Source: an uncultured Parvibacter sp. (GTDB taxonomy: Bacteria > Actinomycetota > Coriobacteriia > Coriobacteriales > Eggerthellaceae). Taken from it: 56,114 bases of DNA. Below are positions 39,253-48,348 of this stretch, in pieces. The stretch spans positions 1-56,114 of the forward strand of contig CANSTH010000001.1 in the NCBI GenBank assembly GCA_947649875.1, in the 5' to 3' direction. Below the pieces are notes generated by a model that ran no database searches, was not told the DNA's origin, and saw only the letters and a list, made by a program, of their open reading frames with translations. Each line of letters begins with the position of its first letter. Within the stretch, counting starts at the first letter, position 1. A program made the translations under genes and the position numbers.

Positions 39253-40038
39253 TTATATGTCCAAGTCCAACCCCACGGGACAATGGTCGCTGCCCTCTAC
39301 GTCGTCGTAGATGCTGGCGGCTTCGATGCGGGGGGCCAGCGAGTCGCTGACGAAGAAGTAGTCGATGCGCCATCCGGCGTTGGTGGACCGGGCGCGGAAC
39401 CGGTAGCTCCACCAGCTGTAGATGCCCGCTTGGTCGGGATGCAGGTGGCGGAAGGTGTCGGTGAAGCCGGCATCGATCAGCTCGGTCAGTTTGCCGCGCT
39501 CCTCGTCGGAGAAGCCGGAGGCGCCCCGATTGGTGTCGGGATTCTTCAGGTCGATGTCGTTGTGGGCCACGTTGAAGTCGCCGCACATCACTACTGGCTT
39601 GGGGTCGGCGGTGGTGCCGTCTGGCAGAAGGCCCCGCTCCAGCCCTTCGCAAAATTCGCGGAAGGCATCGTCCCATTGCATGCGGAAGTCGATGCGTGCC
39701 AGCTCCATCTGTGAGTTGGGGGTGTACACGTCCACGAACCAAAAGCCGGGAAACTCCAGCGCCACGATGCGCCCTTCGTGATCCAGGTAATCAATCCCCA
39801 GTCCGTGCAACTCTCGCAGCGGCTCTTCGCGGGTGAACACCGCCGTGCCGGAATAGCCCTTCTTCTCGGCTGTGGACCAGTACTGGTGGTAGCCGGGCAG
39901 GTTCAGCTCCACCTGGTCGGGGCTGCACTTCGTTTCCTGGATGGCGAAGATGTCAGCGTCGAAGGCGTCGAACACCTCGTAGAAGTTCTTCTTCAAAACC
40001 GCCCGCAGCCCATTCACATTCCAAGAAACAAACCGCAT
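39253..40038 (-). CDS. xth: Exodeoxyribonuclease III / AP endonuclease (ExoA/Xth)
   Basis: SWNVNGLRA, QETK, GYSGTA, EGR, YTPNS, GDFNVAH, YSWWSY, GWRIDY, GSDHCP all intact. Confidence 0.96.
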   Translation of the reverse strand: MRFVSWNVNGLRAVLKKNFYEVFDAFDADIFAIQETKCSPDQVELNLPGYHQYWSTAEKKGYSGTAVFTREEPLRELHGLGIDYLDHEGRIVALEFPGFWFVDVYTPNSQMELARIDFRMQWDDAFREFCEGLERGLLPDGTTADPKPVVMCGDFNVAHNDIDLKNPDTNRGASGFSDEERGKLTELIDAGFTDTFRHLHPDQAGIYSWWSYRFRARSTNAGWRIDYFFVSDSLAPRIEAASIYDDVEGSDHCPVGLDLDI

Positions 40039-40102
40039 GCCAATCCTTTCCAAGTTTTACGCTCCCAGCCAGTATAAGGCACTTCGGCTAGTTGGCTTGA
40101 TG

Positions 40103-40246
40103 CTCTTTCGGAGGGAGAGCGGCCCCGAAGGGGTTACGCTCGACGCGTCGTCGGTCGGAACTAACTCGCGCTGCGCGCGAGTGGATTTCCTCCCTCCTTT
40201 GGCTTAGACCTCGCTACACCCCTCCGCGCCCGCTCCTCCAGGATGT
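40103..40246 (-). repeat. Dispersed ~150-nt structured repeat, divergent copy E, head-to-head with copy C
   Basis: Shares ACATCCTGGA start, AGCGAGGTC, GCCAA, ACTCGC..GCGAGT hairpin, GCGTCGAGCG and the 3' end; outer stem differs in sequence but 17/19 positions still pair. Confidence 0.8.
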
Positions 40247-40276
40247 AGTCCCAGTTGGTTTTCCCGACCTGCGAGC

Positions 40277-40424
40277 ACATCCTGGATGGGCCGGTTCGGC
40301 AGGTCGGAGCGAGGTCCGGCCAAGCGGAGCGACGAGGAGACCCACTCGCCCGAAAGGGCGAGTTGGCTCCGACAGAGCGCAGCGTCGAGCGCAGGCCTGT
40401 CGAATCGGCCCACCTCCGGGAGAG
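40277..40424 (+). repeat. Dispersed ~150-nt structured repeat, copy C
   Basis: 19-bp outer stem; inner ACTCGCCC-GAAA-GGGCGAGT; closely matches copies A and B. Confidence 0.9.
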
Positions 40425-40440
40425 CTGTAAGCCCAGAGTA

Positions 40441-41280
40441 TTATTTCCCCGTATAAGCCTCTTGGAAGCGGGCGATGTCATGCTCGTAGATGACGAGGGT
40501 GGAATCGGGTTCTTCCAGGTAGAAGGGCACGCCGGCCAGCCGGGGGCTGTTCATGAGCGCGGCCAAGGCGTCAAAGCCTATTTTGCCCTCGCCGATGCGG
40601 GCGTGGCGGTCTACGTGGGCGCCCAAGTCGTACTTGCTGTCGTTGAGGTGCACTGCCAGTAACTTGTCCAGGCCAATGGTCTTGTCGAACTGGTCCAGCA
40701 CGCCATCCAAATCGTTCACGATGTCGTAGCCCTCGGCCCACACGGCGGCGGTATCCAGGCACACGCCCATGTGGTCGGCGTGCTTCACCTGGGCGATGAT
40801 CTGTGCCAACTGCTCGAAGTTGCGACCGATCTGGGTGCCCTCGCCAGCCATGGTGTCCAGCAGCACGCGGGTGGTTTGCTGGGGGGTTATCACCTCGTTC
40901 AAGGCGGAGGCGCATTCGGCGATGGCCGCCTCGGGCTTTTCCTCAAGAGCGCTGCCGGGGCGAATCAGGTAGTTGTGGCCGGGCAGCTGCTCCAGCCGAG
41001 CCAGATCCTCGGCGTAAACCATGATGGCGAAATCGCGGGTGTTCTGGTGGTCTGTGGCGGGGTCGGCCGAATAGGGAGCATAGGCCAGTGCGGTTTTGAT
41101 GCCGTGGGCCTGGGCAAACTGTTGGTAGGCCGCAATGTCGGATTCCTTCTCATCCGCTTGGGCCCCGCCGCGGGGGTTGCGGGTGAAGTATTGGAACGTG
41201 TTGGCGTTTACGGAAGCGGCCTCTTGGGCCATTTCCAGAAAACCCTTGCGACGGGAAAGATGACAACCGATGGTAAGCAT
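40441..41280 (-). CDS. nfo: Endonuclease IV (Nfo) homolog with degenerate metal-binding sites
   Basis: IGCHLS, ANTFQYFTRNPR, TMAG.G..IG, GVCLDT, HLNDSK...G...DRH..IGEG; several Zn ligands substituted (see findings). Confidence 0.85.
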   Translation of the reverse strand: MLTIGCHLSRRKGFLEMAQEAASVNANTFQYFTRNPRGGAQADEKESDIAAYQQFAQAHGIKTALAYAPYSADPATDHQNTRDFAIMVYAEDLARLEQLPGHNYLIRPGSALEEKPEAAIAECASALNEVITPQQTTRVLLDTMAGEGTQIGRNFEQLAQIIAQVKHADHMGVCLDTAAVWAEGYDIVNDLDGVLDQFDKTIGLDKLLAVHLNDSKYDLGAHVDRHARIGEGKIGFDALAALMNSPRLAGVPFYLEEPDSTLVIYEHDIARFQEAYTGK

Positions 41281-41516
41281 GGCAGCTCCTAGCAAACGAA
41301 GTTGTATAAGCAGTGGTGCGAGGGGTCAGGGGGCGACATCGAGCCAAAGGCCCCTGCGGCCGATTCTTCGATATTAGGAGTGGAGGCAGGTGCGCATGGG
41401 CGTGCCGCCGGCTCTGTGGCGAAACCGTTTCTCCTCCTTGACGGAGCGGGGAAATTATCGCTTTTGGCAGCAAATGGGATGTCGGGTGGTTTGACACCCT
41501 TTGCAAGCACGAGAGC

Positions 41517-42377
41517 CTAGGTGAGCAGGGCGGCGAAGGCGGTCGGCTGCTCGAAATGGCAGTTGTGGCCAGCATTGGCGATTTCGCGCCACGTGAACAG
41601 GGGCTGGCTGGCGAAATACCGATCGAGCGACCGACCTATGGCGGAATATTTCTCGTCCAGTGTTCCGGTGACGAAGGTGGCAGGGACGTTCTGGTTGCCC
41701 ATGAGGCGGTCAAGGGCAGCCAGCGTATCGGCCTGACATGCTTGCTGCTGCTGCCCCATGCCCTCCAGGCTGTAGGCCAAGGCCTCGGCGGAGTGGTTCA
41801 GCCTGCCTTTGCGCAAGAGCTGCTGCCGTGGTTCGGGCAGTGCCTTTTGGCTGGCGAACAGCGGCAAATCGCCCCACCAATCCATGAAGGCGGCGGTACC
41901 CTGGGTGCGCGCTCGCTCTGCCCACCCGCGGCTGCGCTCGGCGAAGGCGCCCCGCTCTTCCATGTTGGCGGGGCCGATCCCAGCACTTTCCAGAGTCAAG
42001 GCGGAAAGGGGGAACGTATCGCCGTCTGTCGGCTGTTGGGTGACAAGCGCCTGCAGCAACAGGCGGCCACCCTGGGAATAGCCTACCGCGTGGGGAGCCT
42101 GGCGGAGGTGCTGGCACAGTTGGCGCGCCAAAGCTCGCAGCTGCGCGGCCGCTGCATCCAGTTGGTTGCAGCTGGGGCTGAGGCTTCCACCTCCGGGCAC
42201 ATCGACAGCAATGGCAAGCGGTTCGTTGCCGGTGGGTTGCAACGCGGCAAGATCTTCCTTGAACCCAAACAGGGGCACGCGGGCAAAGGCCCACCCGTTC
42301 AAGGAAGCCACTTCTTCCCAGCTGCTGCCGTCTTGGGCGAAACCGTGCACCAATAGAAAGGGCGCAGGGTGCTTCAT
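41517..42377 (-). CDS. menH: SHCHC synthase-like alpha/beta hydrolase
   Basis: HGF, GYSQGG nucleophile elbow, W...PLFASQ, DEKY, GHNCH; directly downstream of menD. Confidence 0.85.
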   Translation of the reverse strand: MKHPAPFLLVHGFAQDGSSWEEVASLNGWAFARVPLFGFKEDLAALQPTGNEPLAIAVDVPGGGSLSPSCNQLDAAAAQLRALARQLCQHLRQAPHAVGYSQGGRLLLQALVTQQPTDGDTFPLSALTLESAGIGPANMEERGAFAERSRGWAERARTQGTAAFMDWWGDLPLFASQKALPEPRQQLLRKGRLNHSAEALAYSLEGMGQQQQACQADTLAALDRLMGNQNVPATFVTGTLDEKYSAIGRSLDRYFASQPLFTWREIANAGHNCHFEQPTAFAALLT

Positions 42378-42379
42378 GG

Positions 42380-44329
42380 CTATTTCCCCTGGTAAGGGGC
42401 GTAGCGTTCCTTTACGCCCCGAAGGGCGGTGGGTACTTCGATGAGGCTGATGCCCGGGGTTGCCAGTGCTTTTTCGTAAGCTCTTTGGAACTGGACGAGA
42501 GTGGTTGCTCTCACGGCCGGTACCTTGAAGGCCTGGGCGGCCGATTGGAAGTTCACATCTTGCGGCGTGAGGAACAGCCGCTCGAAATAGGGGTCGTCGG
42601 AACGCTGGGGCAGCATGTCGAAGATGGCGCCACCGTTGTTGTTCATCAGCACCACTGCCAACGTTGGCGCGGGGTTCATGGCCAGCAGCTCCCGTTGCAG
42701 AGCCAAGGCGTTGGTGTCATGCAGCAGCGAGAGATCACCGGTGAACAAGGTGGCGCGCCCGTACGTTATTGCAGCGCCGATGGCGCTGGACAACGTGCCG
42801 TCGATGCCGTTCTGGCCGCGGTTGCCCAGCACCGCCATGGGTTTGGGGCCTTTGGTATAGAAGGTGTCCACGCAGCGAATGGCCATGGAGTTTGCGCAGA
42901 ACAGGCAGCTGTAGGTGGGCATCAGCTCCAACAGCGCCAGCGCCAACGCCCCTTCGTGCACTGCGTTGCCGCCTTCTGCATCGGGGGTTTGGCGCAGCCA
43001 CTCGTCCGCTGCGGTCACTACCGCCGCACGCTGTTGCTCGTTTGCCTGTGTCCAATTGGCGAAGAACTCTTCTTGTTCGATGCCGGCAGGTGCGGGAGTG
43101 AAGCCTTCGATGAAGTCCTGGGGTTTCAGCCCGAGGAAGAAATCGGTGGCGCAGTTGAAGTCGCGGGTTTGTTGCACGTCAACCACCAGCTGCACGGGGC
43201 GGTCTGCCTCCCAGCCGGCGCCGGCCATAGTGGCGCTCTTGGATACCGGCCATCGGCCGAACCGAATGATCAGCTGCGGCTTCAGCTCATCGGCCAGCGG
43301 GAACAGGTTGTCGTAGTTGTCGATCACCGCCGGGGCCGTTTGACAACGCAGCCCCGAAAGGGGGTCGGCCAGAAGCGGCAGACGCCATTGGTCGGCCCAT
43401 CGGGCCAGTGCCTCGGCTTGCCCCAGCGTTTCGCAAGAGCCTTCGCCGGCAAGCACAAGAGTGCGCCGTTGTGCAATCAGCTGCCGCAGTTCATCGCGGG
43501 CGGAAAGGCTGATTTGGCCGAATGTGGGTATCAGGGGCGGCAGAGTGGACAGCGGCCGAGGCGTTTGGGATGCCAATTCGGGCTGCAAGAGGGAAGTGGC
43601 ATCGCTGAAGCCCAATGCCGAGAAGTCCGGCTTCAAGGGCTCTTCCAACGGGAAGTTCAGGTGCACGGGACCTGCTGACGCTGTGCATCCTTGGGCCGCC
43701 ACCGGGAACAGCAGGCCATCGGAGGCCGCCGGAGGGAAGCCGTTGAATATGCGTGCGTCCACTTCTGTGGCAGGACGAGGATTCAGGAGGTCGGGACGTA
43801 CGGGGGGGATTTTGCCTTCCGGCCCCATGGCCGCCAGCACTGCCTCGCGAGCTGCTTGGCGGGCGAACGCCAAAAGTTGCGGGCTGGAGGCGGGCTCGGG
43901 CATTTGGCGGAATTGCCTTACATGGGCGCCGAACATCTTCAACTGATCGGTGGTTTGCGGGGCACCTAGCTGTTGCAGCCGCAACGGGCGGTCGCCGGTT
44001 AGCAGCAGCAGCGGCACACGCGAGGTTTCCGCCTCAACCACAGCGGGCAGGAAATTGGCCACCGCAGTGCCCGAAGTGCACACCACTGCCACGGGGCGTC
44101 CAGAAGATTTCGCCAGACCCAGCCCAAGAAAAGCCGCCCCCCGTTCATCGACATCCAATATTACCCGCAGGCAATCGGGGTGTTGGCGCGAGAATTCGAA
44201 TGCGGTCATGGCCAAGCCGGTGGAGCGGGAGCCGGGGCTCACCACCACGTCCCTCACCCCCCAAAGTGCCAGCTCGTTGAAGAACGACCACAGAAAAACG
44301 CCAGTGGCTTGGGAGTGGGATAGGGTCAT
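42380..44329 (-). CDS. menD: SEPHCHC synthase
   Basis: SPGSRST, DERGAAF, CTSGTA, DRP, GPVHLN, NRGQNGIDG, GDLSLLHD..., NNNGGAIF. Confidence 0.95.
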   Translation of the reverse strand: MTLSHSQATGVFLWSFFNELALWGVRDVVVSPGSRSTGLAMTAFEFSRQHPDCLRVILDVDERGAAFLGLGLAKSSGRPVAVVCTSGTAVANFLPAVVEAETSRVPLLLLTGDRPLRLQQLGAPQTTDQLKMFGAHVRQFRQMPEPASSPQLLAFARQAAREAVLAAMGPEGKIPPVRPDLLNPRPATEVDARIFNGFPPAASDGLLFPVAAQGCTASAGPVHLNFPLEEPLKPDFSALGFSDATSLLQPELASQTPRPLSTLPPLIPTFGQISLSARDELRQLIAQRRTLVLAGEGSCETLGQAEALARWADQWRLPLLADPLSGLRCQTAPAVIDNYDNLFPLADELKPQLIIRFGRWPVSKSATMAGAGWEADRPVQLVVDVQQTRDFNCATDFFLGLKPQDFIEGFTPAPAGIEQEEFFANWTQANEQQRAAVVTAADEWLRQTPDAEGGNAVHEGALALALLELMPTYSCLFCANSMAIRCVDTFYTKGPKPMAVLGNRGQNGIDGTLSSAIGAAITYGRATLFTGDLSLLHDTNALALQRELLAMNPAPTLAVVLMNNNGGAIFDMLPQRSDDPYFERLFLTPQDVNFQSAAQAFKVPAVRATTLVQFQRAYEKALATPGISLIEVPTALRGVKERYAPYQGK

Positions 44330-44342
44330 GGTGGCTTCCTGT

Positions 44343-45590
44343 CTAATTTCCAAAAGCAGAGAGAATGGTGCGCAGCTTTAAGCTGATTTCCTCGAATTCC
44401 GCCTGGGCATCGCTTTCTTCCACAATGCCGCAACCGCCGTACACGTAGCCCATCTCGCCATCGAATACGCCGGTGCGCAATGCCACTGAGAATTCGCCAT
44501 CGCCCGCGCCATTTACATAGCCGCAGGCGCCGGCATAGAAGCCACGGTTGTAGGGTTCTATGCGTCGTAGCAGCATGGTAGCCTCGCCCACGGGAGTTCC
44601 GGCGGTGGCGGGCGTGGGGTGAAGGTCCCGCACCAGCTGCCAGAGGCTAATCCCTTCAAGCACACGGGCCCTTGCCGGGGTGAACAGGTGCTGCACGTGG
44701 GCTAGGCGCATAATGGTGGGAGTGGAGGGAATTTGCACATCGTAGCAGACGCGCTCGAACACCGACCGTATGAAGTCCACCACAAACTGGTGCTCTTCGC
44801 GGTTTTTCCGATCGGCCAGAAGCGCTTCTGCCAGCACATCGCTTTCCTGGGCGGTGGCTCCTGTGGGGCAGGTGCCAGCCAAGCACATGGATTCCACGGT
44901 AGTGCCCTGCTTGCGCACCAGCAATTCGGGGGTGCATCCGCAGAAGAACACGTCGGCGTAGCGGTACAGCAGCACGGTGCCCACTGCATCGCCATCGATA
45001 AGGTTTACCAGCAAGTCTTTCGAAGAAAAGGGGTGTGCGGCCTGCAATTTCAGCCGTCGCGACAGCACCACTTTGGACACGCGCCCTTCGGCCAGCGCTT
45101 CGCCCGCTTGCACCATGGCTTCCTGCCACGCCTCGCGAGAATCCGGCTCTAGCCGATAGGGGATAGGGCCGCTGGAGCGCTCGGGGGCCCGTTCGCAGTC
45201 GCGAGAGAAGCGGCGCACGCGTCCCGGATACACCGGCCCCAAAGAGTTCACCTGCAAAAAAGCACCGCGCTCGTTCTCTATCAACACCACTTCTGGCAGA
45301 AGGAGCTTCAGTTGGGGAAAAGATGAGAACAGCTCGTCGGTGGGGGCGGGGTTGGCACCATCGAATCGGTTGAACGAGAACATCACAGGATGTTCGGCAA
45401 TTGGTCCTTCGAGCGTGGTGTCGATGTCTTCCAGCGAGCTTACCGCAACGCAGCGGCCAAGCCCCATGAACCGCACAGGGGCCTCTTTGCGATAGTAGAC
45501 GAATTGGTCGGTAAAGCCCTTTTGCAGCAGGCAAAACGCATCTACAATGTTGGCATCGATGGCCTGCGTGTAAGAAAATACCCTGGTCAT
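44343..45590 (-). CDS. menF: Isochorismate synthase
   Basis: KVVLSR, TPELLV, LAGT, KNREEHQFV, VQHL, LHPTPA, RGFYAG, ALR, GCGIV; upstream of menD. Confidence 0.9.
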   Translation of the reverse strand: MTRVFSYTQAIDANIVDAFCLLQKGFTDQFVYYRKEAPVRFMGLGRCVAVSSLEDIDTTLEGPIAEHPVMFSFNRFDGANPAPTDELFSSFPQLKLLLPEVVLIENERGAFLQVNSLGPVYPGRVRRFSRDCERAPERSSGPIPYRLEPDSREAWQEAMVQAGEALAEGRVSKVVLSRRLKLQAAHPFSSKDLLVNLIDGDAVGTVLLYRYADVFFCGCTPELLVRKQGTTVESMCLAGTCPTGATAQESDVLAEALLADRKNREEHQFVVDFIRSVFERVCYDVQIPSTPTIMRLAHVQHLFTPARARVLEGISLWQLVRDLHPTPATAGTPVGEATMLLRRIEPYNRGFYAGACGYVNGAGDGEFSVALRTGVFDGEMGYVYGGCGIVEESDAQAEFEEISLKLRTILSAFGN

Positions 45591-45602
45591 GACAACGGGA
45601 TG

Positions 45603-45878
45603 TTAAATCTTGTACATGAACTGAAACACGTCTTCCCGCTGGATGATAATCTGCACCCCCAGCTCTTTTTCCAGGTGCTCCAGTTTCTCCTGCACCTCGT
45701 TGAACCCGGCAGTGTCGGCATCAAGGGTTACCAGCATGGTCATGGAGAATATCTCGTCATCTCCCAAAATGGTTTGGGAGATGTCGTCGATGTTGGCATT
45801 GCACTGAGCCAGCGTGGTGGCCACGCCGGCCACGATGCCGCTTTTGTCTTTGCCCAGTACGGAAATGACGCACTTCAT
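45603..45878 (-). CDS. Stand-alone ACT-domain protein (UPF0237-like)
   Basis: VISVLGKDKSGIVAGV...NIDDISQT...FSMTMLV...QREDVFQFM; 91 aa. Confidence 0.88.
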   Translation of the reverse strand: MKCVISVLGKDKSGIVAGVATTLAQCNANIDDISQTILGDDEIFSMTMLVTLDADTAGFNEVQEKLEHLEKELGVQIIIQREDVFQFMYKI

Positions 45879-46053
45879 GAAAGCCTCCTGCGGGTAGGGA
45901 TAGCGTTTGTTTGGTTATTGTAGTCCAAAGCTCAGCTGTTCATCATTCGGCTAACAGCTTCGGCTTGAAAAATCCCCTCGGTCTCATGGGTACTATCATG
46001 GGGAAAACGCGAATCCCTGAAGCGCAATTTGTCTCACCGAGGAAGGCGGGCTG

Positions 46054-47625
46054 ATGGGAACATTCAACAAAAAGCAGAGCTTTAAGAGGGCGGTGTCGCC
46101 CAATGCGAGGGGACGGAGCAAGGTGTCGGCCCCCGTGACCTCCATCGACCGTGCTCCCGTGCCGGTGGGGGCGCAGATATTCGGCAAGGAGAACCCTCAG
46201 GGCATGGGGCTGTTTCGGCTGTCGACCACGGTCATCACCCTCATCGTGGGGGCCGGTGTGTTCACCATGTCCGGCGACCAAGCAGCCGGCGGTGCCAGCG
46301 GTGCTGCCATCGCCACCGCATGGGCCATCTCGGGGGTGGGGGTGCTGTGCCTGGTGCTCACCTTTTTCGCGCTGTCGCGATTGAAGCCCCATATCACTGG
46401 CGGCATCTTCGTATATGCTCGCAAGGGGTTCGGTGAGTTCATCGGCTTTGCCAGCGCTTGGGGCTACTGGTGGTCAGCGCTGCTCACCACAGTCACGTTC
46501 TGCGCCTTGCTGTTCGAATCGTTGGCCTATTTCTTTCCTATCTTTGGTGATGGCGGCAACCTATGGTGCCTAGTGGGGGCTTCGGTGCTGGCGTGGGGCT
46601 ATGCCGCCCTGGCTGCTCGCGGCATTGGGGAGATTTCCCTGGTGAACGCCATTATCACCGTTTCGAAGATTGTGCCCATCCTGTTCAGCATCGTGCTTAT
46701 ACTGCTTTTGGGGAAGTTCGACCCGGCTCTGTTCTGGCAGAATTTCAGCACGGGAGCCAACCCCGGTCTGCCCTTCTTCGATCAGGTGGTGTCAGCTCTC
46801 ATGCTTACCATGTGGGTGTTCGTGGGCATCGAGGGCGCGGTGGCGGTTTCTGGTCGCGCCAAACGGCAGTCCGATGTGGGGAAGGCCACCCTCATTGCGT
46901 TTTGCTGCGTGATGGCCATCTACCTGTCCGTGTCCATGCTGTCCATGGGCATCATGCCGCTCTCCGAGCTGGCCGAGCTGCAAAACCCGTCGCTCGCCTA
47001 TGTTATGGAGCGGGTGGTGGGACCGTGGGGTGCCGGCTTCATCAGCTTTGCCGTGTCCCTTTCGCTGGTAGGCGCCATGCTGGGCTACACCATTCTGGCC
47101 ACCGAAGCTCCTTATTCGGCCGCGCTGCAGGGCATCTTCCCCGCGGAGTTCTCTCGCACTAACAAGCGGGGAGCGCCGGTGGTTACCATCTTGGCCACCA
47201 CCATCGTGGTGGAGATATGTCTGTTTTTCTGGGTGTTCACCGGCGAGGCCTATCAGTTCTTCTACGTTATCTGCGCCGCTATGATACTGGTGCCCTATCT
47301 GCTGTCGGCTGCCTACTTTGCCCGTGTGACGTTGCGGGAGAAAGAGCTGTTCGATGGGCGGCTAGGGGCACCGCTTTTGCTATGGCGTGCGGTGGCGGTA
47401 ATCGGTGTGGTGTACAGCCTGTTCCTGGGGTTCGCCGCCGGCAACAACGGCCTGGCTCTGATGTTTGTGCTGTACTTGGTGGGGCTGCCGCTGTATTTCT
47501 GGCAGCGCCACAAGAAGCATCGTCCCGCCCTGCAAACCTTAGCAGACAAACTGGGGTTTGCCTTCTTCCTGGTGGCCGGCGTGGTTTCGGTGGTGCTGCT
47601 GGCGTTGGGGGTTGTCGGGGTGTAG
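46054..47625 (+). CDS. APC-family basic amino acid antiporter (ArcD-like)
   Basis: GAGVF, GGIFVYARKGFGEFIGF.SAWGYW, WVFVGIEGA, NPSLA, LVPY; ~12-13 TM; start codon uncertain. Confidence 0.85.
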   Translation: MGTFNKKQSFKRAVSPNARGRSKVSAPVTSIDRAPVPVGAQIFGKENPQGMGLFRLSTTVITLIVGAGVFTMSGDQAAGGASGAAIATAWAISGVGVLCLVLTFFALSRLKPHITGGIFVYARKGFGEFIGFASAWGYWWSALLTTVTFCALLFESLAYFFPIFGDGGNLWCLVGASVLAWGYAALAARGIGEISLVNAIITVSKIVPILFSIVLILLLGKFDPALFWQNFSTGANPGLPFFDQVVSALMLTMWVFVGIEGAVAVSGRAKRQSDVGKATLIAFCCVMAIYLSVSMLSMGIMPLSELAELQNPSLAYVMERVVGPWGAGFISFAVSLSLVGAMLGYTILATEAPYSAALQGIFPAEFSRTNKRGAPVVTILATTIVVEICLFFWVFTGEAYQFFYVICAAMILVPYLLSAAYFARVTLREKELFDGRLGAPLLLWRAVAVIGVVYSLFLGFAAGNNGLALMFVLYLVGLPLYFWQRHKKHRPALQTLADKLGFAFFLVAGVVSVVLLALGVVGV

Positions 47626-47663
47626 TGCGAAGTTGGGATGTTCGCGAGGAAGATGCCTGGTCG

Positions 47664-47954
47664 TTACATTACCCAATAGTTGATGTTGTATTTCTCTTGA
47701 TACTCGGCCGGAGTGGCGAATACCAGCCCCATTGCCTTCCAGCTTTCCTCGTCGAATAGCTTGTCAATGGGGCAGCCCAATCCTTCTAGCACCTTGTCCA
47801 ACTGGCCGAGGCTGGGGTTGCTGGTGCCGTTTTCCAGCCGGCAAACCTGTTCGCGACTTACGCCCGCCATGAACGCAAGCTGCTGCTGGGTAAGCCCCAT
47901 CTGCACGCGCAGCTTTCGAATCTGCTTTCCCAGCGTTGTCCTCGTATCTCCCAT
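47664..47954 (-). CDS. XRE/Cro-family HTH regulator
   Basis: IRKLR...GLTQQQLA...GVSR..V.RLENG..NPSL; start placed at ATG 47954. Confidence 0.85.
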   Translation of the reverse strand: MGDTRTTLGKQIRKLRVQMGLTQQQLAFMAGVSREQVCRLENGTSNPSLGQLDKVLEGLGCPIDKLFDEESWKAMGLVFATPAEYQEKYNINYWVM

Positions 47955-48076
47955 GGGCAGAGCGTAAAGGGAGCAACTCAAAATAATGTGACGGATATGG
48001 CACACATGCCACAAATCCCACCGCCCGTACAACAATCACAGCGAAAACCTACACCTTTTTCGATTCGCCGCCACCA

Positions 48077-48113
48077 CGGAGGTGGGCCGGTTCGCCAGGC
48101 CTGCGCTTGATGC
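48077..48113 (-). repeat. Partial copy (D) of the ~150-nt structured repeat, one arm only
   Basis: CGGAGGTGGGCCGGTTCGCCAGGCCTGCGCTTGATGC versus copy B CGGAGGTGGGCCGATTCGCCAGGCCTGCGCTCGACGC (34/37). Confidence 0.8.
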
Positions 48114-48348
48114 GGGAGAGAGCGCCCGACGCTCGGCGAACCGCTCGCCGGGGCCTCCCCCGCGATGAGATGCCGGGCGGCACGCAAAGGTATAGGCTTC
48201 CGCGCCACTTACTGTTTTGCCCGTGTTTCTCTTAGGTTTTTCCCGTGTGAGCGCCTATTACGCGCTAATATAGCAGGTGCGCTTATTTCGTAGCTTTAAC
48301 ACACCCCCAACGCAGCATATTGTTGTTTCCCTATGGAATTGGAGACCC

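Noticed and set aside
41324-41334. GGTCAGGGGGC also present in the molybdoenzyme leader
   Set aside because: An 11-nt GC-rich match with no extended similarity; consistent with chance
19206-48113. Repeats interpreted as a CRISPR array
   Set aside because: Copies are dispersed, about 150 nt, in both orientations, with no repeat-spacer periodicity and no cas genes
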